Below are positions 18,855 through 29,019 of a stretch of 64,000 nucleotides of DNA, in pieces. Location of the stretch: the NCBI GenBank assembly GCA_963841915.1, contig CAWJEN010000006.1, positions 1,088,001-1,152,000 of the forward strand, given 5' to 3'. This stretch comes from an uncultured Planctomycetota bacterium. GTDB taxonomy: Bacteria; Planctomycetota; Phycisphaerae; Tepidisphaerales; Tepidisphaeraceae. The notes under the pieces were generated by a model. That model was not told the DNA's origin. It made no database searches and saw only the letters and a program-made list of their open reading frames with translations. The position numbers and the translations under genes are program-made. Numbering within the stretch: position 1 is the stretch's first letter; each line of letters begins with the position of its first letter.

Positions 18855-19787
18855 TCAACCTCGCGGATGGAACTTCTTGTGGACTTCGCGCAGGCGTTCG
18901 CCGTCGACGTGGGTGTAGATCTGCGTCGTGCCGACGTCGCTGTGGCCGAGGAGTTCCTGGACGACGCGGAGGTCGGCGCCGCCGCCGAGGAGGTGGGTGG
19001 CAAAGCAGTGCCGCAGGACGTGCGGCCCCGTCTCCTTCAGCACACCGCTGAGCTTGGCATATTGGGTGACGAGTTGCCAGAGCCGCACCCGCTCCATCGG
19101 GCGGCCGGTTTTGGTCAGGAAGACCCGGTCATCGGCCAATTTCGGGCTCTTGAGCAGCGTCGGCCTCACCACCTCCAGGTAGTGCTCGACGGCGTCCGTG
19201 GCGGGCATACCCATCGGCACCATCCGCTCTTTCTTACCCTTGCCGAACACACGCACAATCCGAAACACGAGGTTCACGTCCCGCACCGCGATGCGGCATA
19301 GCTCGCTGGCGCGAAGGCCGCACGCGTAGAGCAGTTCGAGCATCGCCCGGTCTCGCTGGCCCAGCGGCGTTTCCATGTCAGGGGCTTCGAGCAGACGATC
19401 TACCTGAGCGCGTGACAGCGTCTTGGGTAGCGCCCGCTCAGGCTTGGGTGCGTCGAGGGCGACGAGGATCTTGTCGATGTCGGCAGGCAGTCGCTGGCCG
19501 ATTTCGGCCTGATACTTCAGGTAGGTGCGGATGGCCGCCAATCGCCTCGCAACGGTTTTGGTGCTGCGGCCACGCTTGGTGACATTGGCAATGTAGCTGC
19601 TGATATCGTCGGTGCCGGGCTCGTCGACACGGCCACCTGCCAGGGCGACCTGCTCCTCGAAGTCGCACAAGTCGCGGCGGTATGCGTCCTGCGTGTTGGA
19701 GCTGAGGCCACGCTCGACGTTGAGGTAAGACAAAAAGGAGCGGACGCGGCTCGACGGCTCGGCGGCGATGCGACGGCGGTCTTGCAT
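18855..19787 (-). CDS. xerD: Site-specific tyrosine recombinase XerD
   Basis: ERGLSSNT..AYRRDL, RDRAMLELLYACGLRASEL, GKGKKER.VP and PHVLRHCFATHLL.GGADLRVVQELLGHSDVGTTQIYTHV..HPRG. Confidence 0.9.
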   Translation of the reverse strand: MQDRRRIAAEPSSRVRSFLSYLNVERGLSSNTQDAYRRDLCDFEEQVALAGGRVDEPGTDDISSYIANVTKRGRSTKTVARRLAAIRTYLKYQAEIGQRLPADIDKILVALDAPKPERALPKTLSRAQVDRLLEAPDMETPLGQRDRAMLELLYACGLRASELCRIAVRDVNLVFRIVRVFGKGKKERMVPMGMPATDAVEHYLEVVRPTLLKSPKLADDRVFLTKTGRPMERVRLWQLVTQYAKLSGVLKETGPHVLRHCFATHLLGGGADLRVVQELLGHSDVGTTQIYTHVDGERLREVHKKFHPRG

Positions 19788-19883
19788 GGCAACGGACGAC
19801 ACACCTGCTTTATCGGCCGACTCGACATCAAGTCGCGATGCCCTCGAACCGTTCACTGCCGCTGCGACCGGGTAGACTGCGGC

Positions 19884-21209
19884 GTGGCCAGGCTTCGCGA
19901 CATTCCCCACGTCCGCCGTACCGTTGGGATCTGGACCTTCGGCAAACGTGTCTACAACCAAGCATTCTTCGAAGACAACCTGCTCGTCTGGGCGGCTGCC
20001 TTGGCGTTCAGCTGGCTGCTGGCATTGTTTCCGTTCCTAATTTTCGCGTTGTCGCTCGTGCCGTTCCTGCCGGATCGGGTCAAGCCGAGCGAACAGACCA
20101 TCTTGGAGACGATCGAGGAAGTGCTGGTGACCGGCGAGCCTATTGCCGAGGCGAGCAAGGAAGCACTCGAAGAGGCCATCAGCCCCGAGGCCGAGGTGCT
20201 CGACCCTGAGCGTAACGAGCCCGTCGGCGTTCCAACCACCGTGCCTGCCGATTTGGGCAGAGAGGACGAGGCATCGACCAGCCGACCGGCGTTAGCTGAA
20301 CCGGAGCTGTCGGATGACCTGCCGGACATGACTGCCGCGGGTGCCGACGAGGAGACCGACGAAGCTGAAGAAAGCGAAGAAGCCCGCCAACCGGCCATCA
20401 TCAGTCAAACCGTGACGGCACTGGTCAGCAACCTCATCAACGAGAAGCCGGGCGGCACCAAGGTCGCGTTGTCGATCGTCATTGCCCTGTTCACCGCCAG
20501 CAGTGGTGTGCTGATGACCATGGCCGGCCTCGACAAGTGCTATGACGTCGCGCCGGAGAAGATCCGCCCATTCTACAAGTCGCGGCCGGTCGCGATGCTG
20601 CTGACGATCGTGCTGTCGGTCATGATTCTGCTGACCATCATCATCCTGCCCATTGGCGGCACCTTCATTGCGGCAGTCGCGGACGGGAAGATTCCCGGGA
20701 TTAACGTCGACCTGGGCTGGGTCGACATCCTGAGCCGACCGCTACGGTGGACGGTGGGTCTCCTGCTGCTGTTCAGTGCGGTCGGCCTCGTCTATAAGTT
20801 CGGCCCGAGCGTCAAAACGCGACTGCACATCTTCAGCCCGGGAAGCATCTTCACGATCTTCATGTGGATCGCGACGGCCTTCGCGTTTCAGCTCTACCTC
20901 GGCACCTTCAACGCCGCCGACAGCTACGCCAGGACGTACGGCGCCGTGGCAGGCGTGGCGATCTTGATGTTCCTGTTCTACATCGACGCGCTGTTTCTGC
21001 TCATCGGTGCGGAAATCAACGCTGAAATCGACTTCATCCGGCTCGGCATCAAGAGCGGACCGCTGCCCGACGAGCGCGAGGTCGCACCGATCCCGCCGTA
21101 CGAACTTGACGAGGAAGACCGCGAGCTCAAGGCCGAGCTGGAGCAGAGTCGCAGCGTCGACATCGACGGGCCGGCCATCGTTCGCAGTGTCGACGAGGCG
21201 ACGAACTAA
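19884..21209 (+). CDS. YihY/virulence factor BrkB family membrane protein with acidic insertion
   Basis: AAALAFSWLLALFP, PGSIF..W.A..AF..Y and Y..TYGAVAGVAILM..FY....L.GAEINA. Confidence 0.88.
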   Translation: MARLRDIPHVRRTVGIWTFGKRVYNQAFFEDNLLVWAAALAFSWLLALFPFLIFALSLVPFLPDRVKPSEQTILETIEEVLVTGEPIAEASKEALEEAISPEAEVLDPERNEPVGVPTTVPADLGREDEASTSRPALAEPELSDDLPDMTAAGADEETDEAEESEEARQPAIISQTVTALVSNLINEKPGGTKVALSIVIALFTASSGVLMTMAGLDKCYDVAPEKIRPFYKSRPVAMLLTIVLSVMILLTIIILPIGGTFIAAVADGKIPGINVDLGWVDILSRPLRWTVGLLLLFSAVGLVYKFGPSVKTRLHIFSPGSIFTIFMWIATAFAFQLYLGTFNAADSYARTYGAVAGVAILMFLFYIDALFLLIGAEINAEIDFIRLGIKSGPLPDEREVAPIPPYELDEEDRELKAELEQSRSVDIDGPAIVRSVDEATN

Positions 21210-21220
21210 CACCCGCGCAT

Positions 21221-21255
21221 GTCAAAGCCGCGTTGCAAGGCAACGCGGCTTTGAC
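21221..21255. terminator. Bidirectional hairpin between convergent yihY and thuA
   Basis: GTCAAAGCCGCGTTGC-aag-GCAACGCGGCTTTGAC (16-bp perfect stem). Confidence 0.75.
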
Positions 21256-21263
21256 TGTAAACG

Positions 21264-22055
21264 CTACTTGTTCTCGGGATTGTCGTGCAGCGACGCGTCA
21301 GCCTCGTGCGAGGCAGCGATTGGGCTCAAAGGAACCTTGATGTTCGGAGCTTTGGGCTCGTAGGCCACAGCGCTTTGGTACGGCTTGACGTAGTCGACCA
21401 TGTTCGCCAGGACCCGACGGATCTCGGGGTTGTGGTAGATCGGGAACGTCTCGTGCCCCGGGCGGAAGTAGAAGACCTTGCCTGCCCCACGCTTCCAGCC
21501 GCAACCGCTGCGGAAGACTTCGCCACCCTCGAACCAGCTGATGAAGACCGTCTCGTCGGGCTCGGGGATGTCGAAGTGCTCGCCGTACATTTCGACCTGC
21601 GGCAGCTCGATGTAATCTTTCTCAAGACCGCGCGTGACGGGGTGACCGGGGCTGACGCACCAGAGTCGCTCTTTTTCGGCAGCTTCGCGCCACTTGAGGC
21701 CGCAGCCGGTGCCCATGAGCTTCTTGAACGGCTTGGAATAGTGACCGCTGTGTAAAACGACCAGTCCCATGCCCGCCCAGACGCGCTCGACGACCTTGTC
21801 GACGATGCTGTCCTTGACATCGCCGTGGGCGGCGTGGCCCCACCAGGTCATGACGTCGGTCGAGTCGAGGATGTCCTTGGTCAGGCCGTGATCCGGCTCG
21901 TCGAGTGTGGCGGTGCGGACGTTGACCGCTTCGCCAAGGTGTTCCTCGATTGCCGACTTCATGACGACATGCATGCCGTCGGGGTAGTGCTTGGCGACGG
22001 TCTTGTTGGTCTTTTCGTGGCGGAACTCGTGCCAGACGGTGACGTTGAGGGGCAT
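21264..22055 (-). CDS. thuA: Trehalose utilization protein ThuA
   Basis: [43 protein letters not shown] and [11 protein letters not shown]. Confidence 0.92.
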   Translation of the reverse strand: MPLNVTVWHEFRHEKTNKTVAKHYPDGMHVVMKSAIEEHLGEAVNVRTATLDEPDHGLTKDILDSTDVMTWWGHAAHGDVKDSIVDKVVERVWAGMGLVVLHSGHYSKPFKKLMGTGCGLKWREAAEKERLWCVSPGHPVTRGLEKDYIELPQVEMYGEHFDIPEPDETVFISWFEGGEVFRSGCGWKRGAGKVFYFRPGHETFPIYHNPEIRRVLANMVDYVKPYQSAVAYEPKAPNIKVPLSPIAASHEADASLHDNPENK

Positions 22056-22144
22056 GATCGGTGGAGAGCGTTATGAGGAAGGTGAAACCAATGAAGCGAC
22101 CCGGCAGCATAGCCACCGGGTCCCAATCGCCAGATTCAATCGGT

Positions 22145-22804
22145 TTAGAGCCGAGTCCGTCTCAGCGCCAAGCCCAGCAGCGAGGCGACGCTACCGGCCG
22201 CCAAGGGCTCGGGCACCAGCGGGACCGGCGACGACTCGAGCGACACAGCGTCAAAATTTGTCTGCCAGAGCAACTCCTTAGGATCACCAAGGGCTGACAG
22301 CTCGATCGTCAGCAACGGCATCGCCTGCATCGTCGCCAACGCACCACCCGATGAGCTGAGAGAAACAGGCGTGAACGTCCCGCTCACATACTGCGCGGAT
22401 GGCGCACGCGGAGCGGACAACTGTGCGATCTCTTCCGTCCCTGCCAGCAGGCGGATGTTGAACCCGCCGAAGGCCGTATCCGCCCGGTTGCCGACGAACA
22501 GGTCGAGCGTGTAGACCATCGTCGGGTCGTAAACCTCGCTAGTTTGCTGAGTGATGGTTCCGCCCCAGCTGTAGGCCACCTTCGTCCCCTGAGGCACGCC
22601 GGTCGGATAAGTGGTAATTCCGTTCAACGTGCCCGGCTGGAAGGCACCGAACTGCCCCGCCAACTTGGCCCAGTCTCCGACGAAGCCGTCGTTTCCGACC
22701 TCAAAACCGCTGTTCTGGACAGTAATCGGTGCCGCAGACACCAGCCCTGACACCGCAGTGACGGCTGCAAGGGCGACGATGATCTTTTGGCGGACGTAAA
22801 GCAT
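22145..22804 (-). CDS. PEP-CTERM sorting-domain secreted protein
   Basis: Signal peptide, then ITVQNSGFE (carbohydrate-binding-like start) and C-terminal VPEP-hydrophobic-RRTRL. Confidence 0.8.
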   Translation of the reverse strand: MLYVRQKIIVALAAVTAVSGLVSAAPITVQNSGFEVGNDGFVGDWAKLAGQFGAFQPGTLNGITTYPTGVPQGTKVAYSWGGTITQQTSEVYDPTMVYTLDLFVGNRADTAFGGFNIRLLAGTEEIAQLSAPRAPSAQYVSGTFTPVSLSSSGGALATMQAMPLLTIELSALGDPKELLWQTNFDAVSLESSPVPLVPEPLAAGSVASLLGLALRRTRL

Positions 22805-22890
22805 TTTCTCAAACCGCCCCCTAGCGGTTTCTCCCGCGGGCATCCTTGCACAACATCGGCCCGGCGGCAACCTGATCTGTTGCCATACCT

Positions 22891-24228
22891 CTAAATGAAG
22901 CTCCGTATCGCCTCCGCCAAGTCCTCGAAGAATCCCGGATACGTCTTGCTCACGCAGCCCGCCTCCTCTATCTCCACGCCCCGCCGCTTCGTTGCGGCCA
23001 GGGCGAAGCTCATCGCCATCCGGTGATCGTCGTACGTCGCAATAGACGCCCCGCGGATGCGGGCGGGTGGCGTGATCGTCATCGCGATATCGCCATCCGC
23101 CTCGTTGACCCGCACCTCGCCACCGAGCTTCGTCAGCTCCGCCTCCAAAGCCGCGACACGGTCCGTCTCCTTGACCCGCAGCGTCTTGAGCCCGCGAATG
23201 GTCGTCTCCTGAGCAGCAAAAAGAGCCACCACTGCCAGCGTCTGAGCACAGTCGGGCATCTCGCTCATGTCGACGTCGATGCCGTTTAATTGCGAAGGCC
23301 CCTCGAGCGTCGTTGCGCCTTGCGACTGCTCCACGGTGCATCCCATGCGGCTCAGCACTGCTGCAAATCGCGCGTCGCCTTGCAGGCTGTCGGAGCCAAG
23401 CCCCGCCAGCGTCACCCGACTACCTGCATGGATGGCGGCGAGTCCCAGGAAGTAGCTCGCCGCCGACGCATCGGGCTCGATGGCGTAGTCGGTCGCGCCG
23501 TACCTGCCACGTGGAACAATGATGGCCGCCGGCGAGGTTTCGTCCTCTTCGTCAAGCTCCACTTCAGGCGTGACGCCGAAGACGTCCATCAGCCGCATCG
23601 TCATCTTGACGTAAGGCCAACTCGCCTGAAGCCCGTCGAGATCGAGCCGCACCTCGCGACGGGCGTAGGGCGCTGCCATGAGGGCCGCCGACAGAAACTG
23701 GCTGCTGAGCGTCGTGCCTGCCGGGTACTTGAGCTCGCCGCCCTGCAGACCGGTGCTGTTGATCGTGATCGGCGGGTAGCCGGCTTCGGTGGTGACCACA
23801 GGCGAGCCCGCGAGGTTGTTCAGCAGGTCGACGAGTGGGCCGATAGGGCGTTGACGCATCCGCTCGACGCCGTCGAGCACAAAGGTGCCCTCACCCACCG
23901 CCGCGAGCAGGCCGCTCAAGAACCTGATCGTCGTCCCACTGTTACCGCAGAAGAGCGCACCACCACCCGTGGCAAACTCGGGGCTGGCAGGCGTGTCGAC
24001 GCGGACGGTCGCGTGGGCTTCGCTGATGTCGAGGCTCATGCCGAGCGCCACGAGGTTGTCGAGCATGTGCCGCGTGTCGTCGGCAAACAGGACGCCCGAC
24101 AGCTCGCTGGGCCCGCTGGCCATGGCCGCCAGCACGAGGGCGCGGTTGGTCAGCGACTTGCTGCCGGGCACCCTGACCGTCGCCTCGATGGGTCGCGTGA
24201 TCGGCTCTGTCGTCCACGTCTGACTCAT
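22891..24228 (-). CDS. aroA: EPSP synthase (3-phosphoshikimate 1-carboxyvinyltransferase)
   Basis: PGSKSLTNRAL, GNSGTTIRF, RMRQRPI, SSQFLSA, RVKETDR, DDHRMAM and KTYPGFF. Confidence 0.96.
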   Translation of the reverse strand: MSQTWTTEPITRPIEATVRVPGSKSLTNRALVLAAMASGPSELSGVLFADDTRHMLDNLVALGMSLDISEAHATVRVDTPASPEFATGGGALFCGNSGTTIRFLSGLLAAVGEGTFVLDGVERMRQRPIGPLVDLLNNLAGSPVVTTEAGYPPITINSTGLQGGELKYPAGTTLSSQFLSAALMAAPYARREVRLDLDGLQASWPYVKMTMRLMDVFGVTPEVELDEEDETSPAAIIVPRGRYGATDYAIEPDASAASYFLGLAAIHAGSRVTLAGLGSDSLQGDARFAAVLSRMGCTVEQSQGATTLEGPSQLNGIDVDMSEMPDCAQTLAVVALFAAQETTIRGLKTLRVKETDRVAALEAELTKLGGEVRVNEADGDIAMTITPPARIRGASIATYDDHRMAMSFALAATKRRGVEIEEAGCVSKTYPGFFEDLAEAIRSFI

Positions 24229-24301
24229 ACAGGCACCGTAGACACGGGCGTTTGGCTTTTGCCCCTTCGGCTGGGTCATCGCGTGGCTTAGCCTGCTTGC
24301 G

Positions 24302-25687
24302 ATGCACGCTGACGCCCTCCACGGTTCGCTCGACACCAAGACGCCGGGCGTCACCCGCATCGTTGTCCTCGGCGGAGGCTTTGGTGGCGCGTACTGCGTT
24401 CAGCACCTTGAAAAGCTCCTGTGGTGGCGACGCGAGCTGGCCGACCGGGTCGAGATCGTCCTGCTCGATCGGCACAACTACTTCCCCTTCAGCCCACTGC
24501 TCGTCGAGGCAGGCACGGGTAGCCTCCAGCCGTCGCACGCGGTGGTCGGGCTCAGGCGGTTCTGCCGTCGTGCCCGCTTCGTGATGGGCGAAGTCGTCGA
24601 CTTTGACCTGAAGGAGCAGAGGGTCGACTACTGCGTTGCCGGCGAGCCGGGCGTCTGCACGACCGAGTACGACCACCTTGTCCTGAGCATGGGCACCGTC
24701 ACGCTCCGCCCGCCCGTGCCGGGCCTCAAGGAGCACGGTTATGAGATGAAAACGCTGTCTGACGCGACGGCTCTGCGGGATCGCGTCGTGCAACTGCTCG
24801 AACAGGCCAATGCCATCGACAACGTCGAAAAGCGTCGCCAGTTGCTCACGCTCACCGTCGTCGGCGGTGGGTTTACGGGCATCGAGGTCGCCGGTGAGTT
24901 CGACCAGTACATGAAGCAGGCCGCCCGCTATTACCCGCGACTGACCGAGAAGGATGTTCAGGTCGTCGTCCTCAACCGTGGCAACCGGCTGCTGGGCACG
25001 CTCCACGAAGACCTTGGCAAGTGGACGCTGTCGCACCTCCGTAAACGCGGTATCGACGTCCGCATGAACACCGAGGCCAAAGCCATTCACGATGATCACG
25101 TCGAGTTGTCTGACGGCTCGACCCTGCCTGCCAAGACCGTCGTGTGGTGCGCGGGCATCGCTCCCAATCCAAGCGTCAAATTCTTCGACGTGCCGATCGA
25201 CAAGAAGGGTTACATCCTCTGCGAGCGAGATCTGCGGGTCACCGGCTATGACAACGTCTGGGGCCTCGGCGACGCGGCGGTCAATCCGCAGGCGACCGGC
25301 GATGCCTACCCCGCCACCGCCCAGGCGGCGGTTCGTCAGGCCAAATACTGTGCGAAGAACATCGTCAAGCTCCTCCAGGATCGCCCGACCGTGCCGGCCG
25401 ACTTCAAGGACATGGGCCAGCTCGCCGCCTTCGGGCACGGCGATGCCGTGGCCGAGTCGTTCGGCATCCGCGTCACCGGCTGGCCGGCGTGGTTCATGTG
25501 GCGGACCGTTTACCTCATGAAGATGCCCGGCCTCGGGCGCAAGATCCGCGTCGCCATCGACTGGACGCTGGACCTGCTCGTACGACGCGACTTCGTCGAA
25601 CTCGGCGTCGCCAAACCGCGGCCAGAGGAGACGGCAGAAGACGAGGGGAAAGTCGACGAAGCCACCTCGCAAGCCGTCGCCGCGTGA
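24302..25687 (+). CDS. ndh: Type II NADH dehydrogenase-like FAD-dependent oxidoreductase
   Basis: VVLGGGFGG, VVGGGFTGIEVAGE, VWCAG, GD and ATAQAAVRQ motifs. Confidence 0.88.
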   Translation: MHADALHGSLDTKTPGVTRIVVLGGGFGGAYCVQHLEKLLWWRRELADRVEIVLLDRHNYFPFSPLLVEAGTGSLQPSHAVVGLRRFCRRARFVMGEVVDFDLKEQRVDYCVAGEPGVCTTEYDHLVLSMGTVTLRPPVPGLKEHGYEMKTLSDATALRDRVVQLLEQANAIDNVEKRRQLLTLTVVGGGFTGIEVAGEFDQYMKQAARYYPRLTEKDVQVVVLNRGNRLLGTLHEDLGKWTLSHLRKRGIDVRMNTEAKAIHDDHVELSDGSTLPAKTVVWCAGIAPNPSVKFFDVPIDKKGYILCERDLRVTGYDNVWGLGDAAVNPQATGDAYPATAQAAVRQAKYCAKNIVKLLQDRPTVPADFKDMGQLAAFGHGDAVAESFGIRVTGWPAWFMWRTVYLMKMPGLGRKIRVAIDWTLDLLVRRDFVELGVAKPRPEETAEDEGKVDEATSQAVAA

Positions 25688-25754
25688 CGAACGCGCTGCG
25701 CCGCGGCGGCCAATGTGAGGTTCTGGAGTTGGCCGAGGGTGATGGAGACTCGAA

Positions 25755-25770
25755 TGTTCCACGTGGAACA
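25755..25770. promoter_or_regulatory. parS centromere-like site (ParB binding)
   Basis: Perfect palindrome TGTTCCACGTGGAACA matching the bacterial parS consensus. Confidence 0.9.
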
Positions 25771-25821
25771 TCTAATGACCCGGCTGGCAGGCTCTAAATC
25801 GGGTTCCGGCTCGTCGGCCGA

Positions 25822-25837
25822 TGTTCCACGTGGAACA
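25822..25837. promoter_or_regulatory. parS centromere-like site
   Basis: TGTTCCACGTGGAACA. Its flanks (GA..TTCGA) make 25820-25842 the reverse complement of 25750-25772. Confidence 0.9.
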
Positions 25838-26024
25838 TTCGACGTCTCAAAGTGCGTAGGCGGGTCGTCCGCCGTCGGGTGGCGGTCCGTCCGCCGTTTA
25901 CGTCACGGCTCCATACTTTTGCATCGGCGGTACGTCGCTTTAGGGTCCTGCTACGACCCGCGCCGCCGCGGCCGCCGTTGCGCAACGATCCGGACAGTCT
26001 TCATCGACCATGACACCCGCCACA

Positions 26025-28811
26025 TCAGGCGTCGTCCGACGTGGCATCCGGTTCGACTTGCACGTCAGCTTGCGCCTCGACTGTCGAGGCGGTCTCGGAC
26101 GACGCTTCAGCGCCACCCTCGGCCGCGGCGTCGTCACCGTTGCCCGACGGGGCTTTGGCCATCGCGACGATCTTGTCGCCGGCGTCGAGCTTCATGACCC
26201 GCACGCCGGCGGCGGCGCGACCGGTCTGGCGGATGTCGGCGATCCGCTGGCGGATCACAATGCCCTTCTCGGTCACGATCATCAGCTCGTCGCCCGGCTC
26301 GACACTCTGGACGGCCACCACGTCACCGTTGCGGCTGCCTGTGTCGATGTTGATGACGCCCATCGTGTTGCGACCCTTGGCCGGGTACTGCGTGTGAGGC
26401 GTCCGCTTGCCGTAACCCTTTTCGCAGACCGTCAGGACCTGACAGTCGGCGTTCTCGTCGAGCTCGCCATTCGTCTCGACGTCACCTTCGACCTGATCCT
26501 CGGCCTCGTCGTCGCCGCTCGACAGCGGCTCGATGTAGGGCAAAACGACCATCGAGACGACGCTGTCGCCTTTGCGCTTGAACTTGACGCCACCCACACC
26601 TGCGGCCGGCCGGCCCATCGGGCGGACGCCGCCGGCGTTGCCTTCCTTGTGCGGGTGGCCGTCGATCCAGAACCGCACCGCCTGGCCCTTTTGCGTAGCG
26701 AGCATAACGGTTTCGCCCGACTCGACCGCGTCGACGCCGATCAGCTCGTCGTCGTCGGCCAGGCCGATGGCGATGATGCCGTTCGTGCGGATGTTGCTGA
26801 ACGCGGCGAGCGGCGTCCGTTTGACGGTGCCCTGCTTCGTCGCAAAGACCAGGAACGCCTCGGCCTTCTCCAAGTCTTCGAGGGCCAGCACGCGGGCGAC
26901 GGTTTCGCCCTCCTGGAAGTCGAGCAGTTGGGCGACGCTCCTGCCGCCGGAGGTGCGGGTGCCTTCGGGAATGTCGAAAACGCGTTGCGAGTAGACGCGG
27001 CCTTTGCTCGTGAAGAACAAGAGGTGGTCGTGCGTGTTACCGACGAACAGGTGAACGAGGAAGTCGTTGTCGCGGGTCGTGCCACCCTTGATGCCTCGGC
27101 CGCCCCGGCCTTGGGCGCGATACGTGTCGAGCGGCAGCCGCTTGATGTAACCGGCGTGCGTGAGCGTGACCACCACGTCTTCGGGCGTGATGAGCATCTC
27201 CTTGCTGGCGGCGTTGTAGGCCGTCGGGTCGATGTACGTCCGCCTGGGGTTGGCGTACTTCTCCTTCATCTCGATCGTGTCTTCGCGAATGATGTCGCGG
27301 ATCGCGTTGTCGTCGCCGAGAATGCGCTGGTAGTCGTCGATCTCTTCGACGACTTCGCGGTACTCCTTGGTGAGCTTCTCGATCTCGAGGCCGACGAGCT
27401 GGATGAGCTGCAGGCGGCCGATGGCCTCTGCCTGGACGCGGGACAGCTGCGCCCCGCCGTCGATGCTGGCCCGCTCGATCAGGGCCTGCGGGATCTGCGG
27501 CGCGTACGGGTGGTCGGCCGGGATCTGGAACCGCCGCTCGCGGAGCTTTTCGATGGCCTCGTCGCGGGTTTTGCTCGAACGGATGAGGCGGACGACCTCG
27601 TCGATATCGACGACGGCGTAGATCTCGCCTTCGAGCAGGTGGGCCTTTTGCTGGGCCTTTTTAAGCAGAAACCGCGTCCGCCGAGTGATGACCTCGATGC
27701 GGTGGGCGATAAAGTTGTCGATGAGCTCGCGGAGGCCCAGCGTCCGCGGGCGGCGGCCGACGATGGCGATGTTGATCATCGACACCGTCACCTGGGCCGG
27801 CGTGTACTGCCAGAGCTGGTTGATGACGACTTCGGGCTCGGCCCCACGCTTGAGGTCGATGACGATGCGGCAGTCGTGCTTGCGACCCGATTCGTCGTTG
27901 ACGGCTGAGACATCGTCCATGCGGCCGGACTTGACGGCTTCGCTGACGGCAATCGTGACGGACTTTCGGATCGTGCCGTACGGCAGATCGTCGAGAATGA
28001 CGCTGACGCGGCCTTTGTGTTCTTCGACGTGGTGCCGGGCACGCAGGGTGCAGCGGCCGCGACCGCTGGAGTAGCCCTCGACGATGCCGTCGGTGCCCAT
28101 GATGATGCCACCGGTCGGGAAGTCGGGGCCCGGCACGATCTTCATGAGCTCGCTGAGCGAGGTCTGAGGCACGTCGAGCACGGTGACGATGGCGTCACAG
28201 ATTTCGCCCAGGTTGTGCGGCAGCAGGTTGCACGCCATGCCGACGGCGATGCCGGTCGAGCCGTTGACGAGCAGGTTGGGGAACTTGCCCGGCAGGACGG
28301 TCGGCTCGTCCATGCCGGTGCGTTCGTCGTAGTTGGGCTGATAGTCGACGGTGTCGAGCTTCAGGTCGGCCAGCATCTCGGCGGCCGGGCCTGCCATGCG
28401 GGCCTCGGTGTACCGCATGGCCGCCGGTGGATCGCCGTCGGTCGAGCCGAAGTTGCCCTGCGGGTCGATGAGCGGGTGGCGCATGGACCAGGGCTGACCC
28501 ATGCGGACGAGGGTCGGGTAGATGACGCCGTCGCCGTGCGGGTGGTAGTTGCCGCTGGTGTCGCCGGCGATCTTGGCGCACTTGATGTGCTTGGATCGTG
28601 GGCCCAGGCCCAGATCGTTCATGGCGACGAGAATGCGTCGCTGCGAGGGCTTGAGGCCGTCGCGGACGTCGGGCAACGCGCGGTCGACGATCGTCGACAT
28701 CGCGTAGGTGAGGTAGCTGTCCTGCAGCTCTCGCTCGATGTTGAGGTCGTCAATGACCTCGACGAAATCGGGATTGGAGTCGTCGGCAGGCGGCGGCGTG
28801 GTGATACTCAT
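26025..28811 (-). CDS. gyrA: DNA gyrase subunit A
   Basis: [18 protein letters not shown], catalytic AAMRYTE, GyrA-box QGRGGRG and C-terminal pinwheel repeats. Confidence 0.96.
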   Translation of the reverse strand: MSITTPPPADDSNPDFVEVIDDLNIERELQDSYLTYAMSTIVDRALPDVRDGLKPSQRRILVAMNDLGLGPRSKHIKCAKIAGDTSGNYHPHGDGVIYPTLVRMGQPWSMRHPLIDPQGNFGSTDGDPPAAMRYTEARMAGPAAEMLADLKLDTVDYQPNYDERTGMDEPTVLPGKFPNLLVNGSTGIAVGMACNLLPHNLGEICDAIVTVLDVPQTSLSELMKIVPGPDFPTGGIIMGTDGIVEGYSSGRGRCTLRARHHVEEHKGRVSVILDDLPYGTIRKSVTIAVSEAVKSGRMDDVSAVNDESGRKHDCRIVIDLKRGAEPEVVINQLWQYTPAQVTVSMINIAIVGRRPRTLGLRELIDNFIAHRIEVITRRTRFLLKKAQQKAHLLEGEIYAVVDIDEVVRLIRSSKTRDEAIEKLRERRFQIPADHPYAPQIPQALIERASIDGGAQLSRVQAEAIGRLQLIQLVGLEIEKLTKEYREVVEEIDDYQRILGDDNAIRDIIREDTIEMKEKYANPRRTYIDPTAYNAASKEMLITPEDVVVTLTHAGYIKRLPLDTYRAQGRGGRGIKGGTTRDNDFLVHLFVGNTHDHLLFFTSKGRVYSQRVFDIPEGTRTSGGRSVAQLLDFQEGETVARVLALEDLEKAEAFLVFATKQGTVKRTPLAAFSNIRTNGIIAIGLADDDELIGVDAVESGETVMLATQKGQAVRFWIDGHPHKEGNAGGVRPMGRPAAGVGGVKFKRKGDSVVSMVVLPYIEPLSSGDDEAEDQVEGDVETNGELDENADCQVLTVCEKGYGKRTPHTQYPAKGRNTMGVINIDTGSRNGDVVAVQSVEPGDELMIVTEKGIVIRQRIADIRQTGRAAAGVRVMKLDAGDKIVAMAKAPSGNGDDAAAEGGAEASSETASTVEAQADVQVEPDATSDDA

Positions 28812-28909
28812 GGGCGTCAGGACCGCCGGGGGACGGCGGGCTGACATTATAGTGATGCGTCAGGCGCTTGGCGACATCCGCACGTCCCTCACGACGTCAT
28901 CAATCTGAC

Positions 28910-28984
28910 AGAGCCGCGACCGTCAGGATGCGGGCCAGGAGACGCCGGGCGCCCATGACCCCGCTTCCTGACGGTCGCGGCTCT
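28910..28984. repeat. Long inverted repeat (REP/MITE-like)
   Basis: AGAGCCGCGACCGTCAGGA (28910-28928) and its perfect reverse complement TCCTGACGGTCGCGGCTCT (28966-28984). Confidence 0.75.
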
Positions 28985-29019
28985 TTTGTGGTGTCCTCAC
29001 CCCGAGGTTTTCAACGATC

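Noticed and set aside
23942..25771. ORFs beginning with or containing MFHVEH (also 25715, 25794, 51736, 52367, 52447)
   Set aside because: MFHVEH is simply the translation of the parS palindrome. These are shadow ORFs or false N-terminal extensions.
26010..27908. Long antisense ORFs (e.g. 632 aa opposite gyrA, 624 aa at 56101-57975, 439 aa at 35218-36537)
   Set aside because: These are typical stop-poor antisense frames of high-GC coding genes, with no recognisable motifs.
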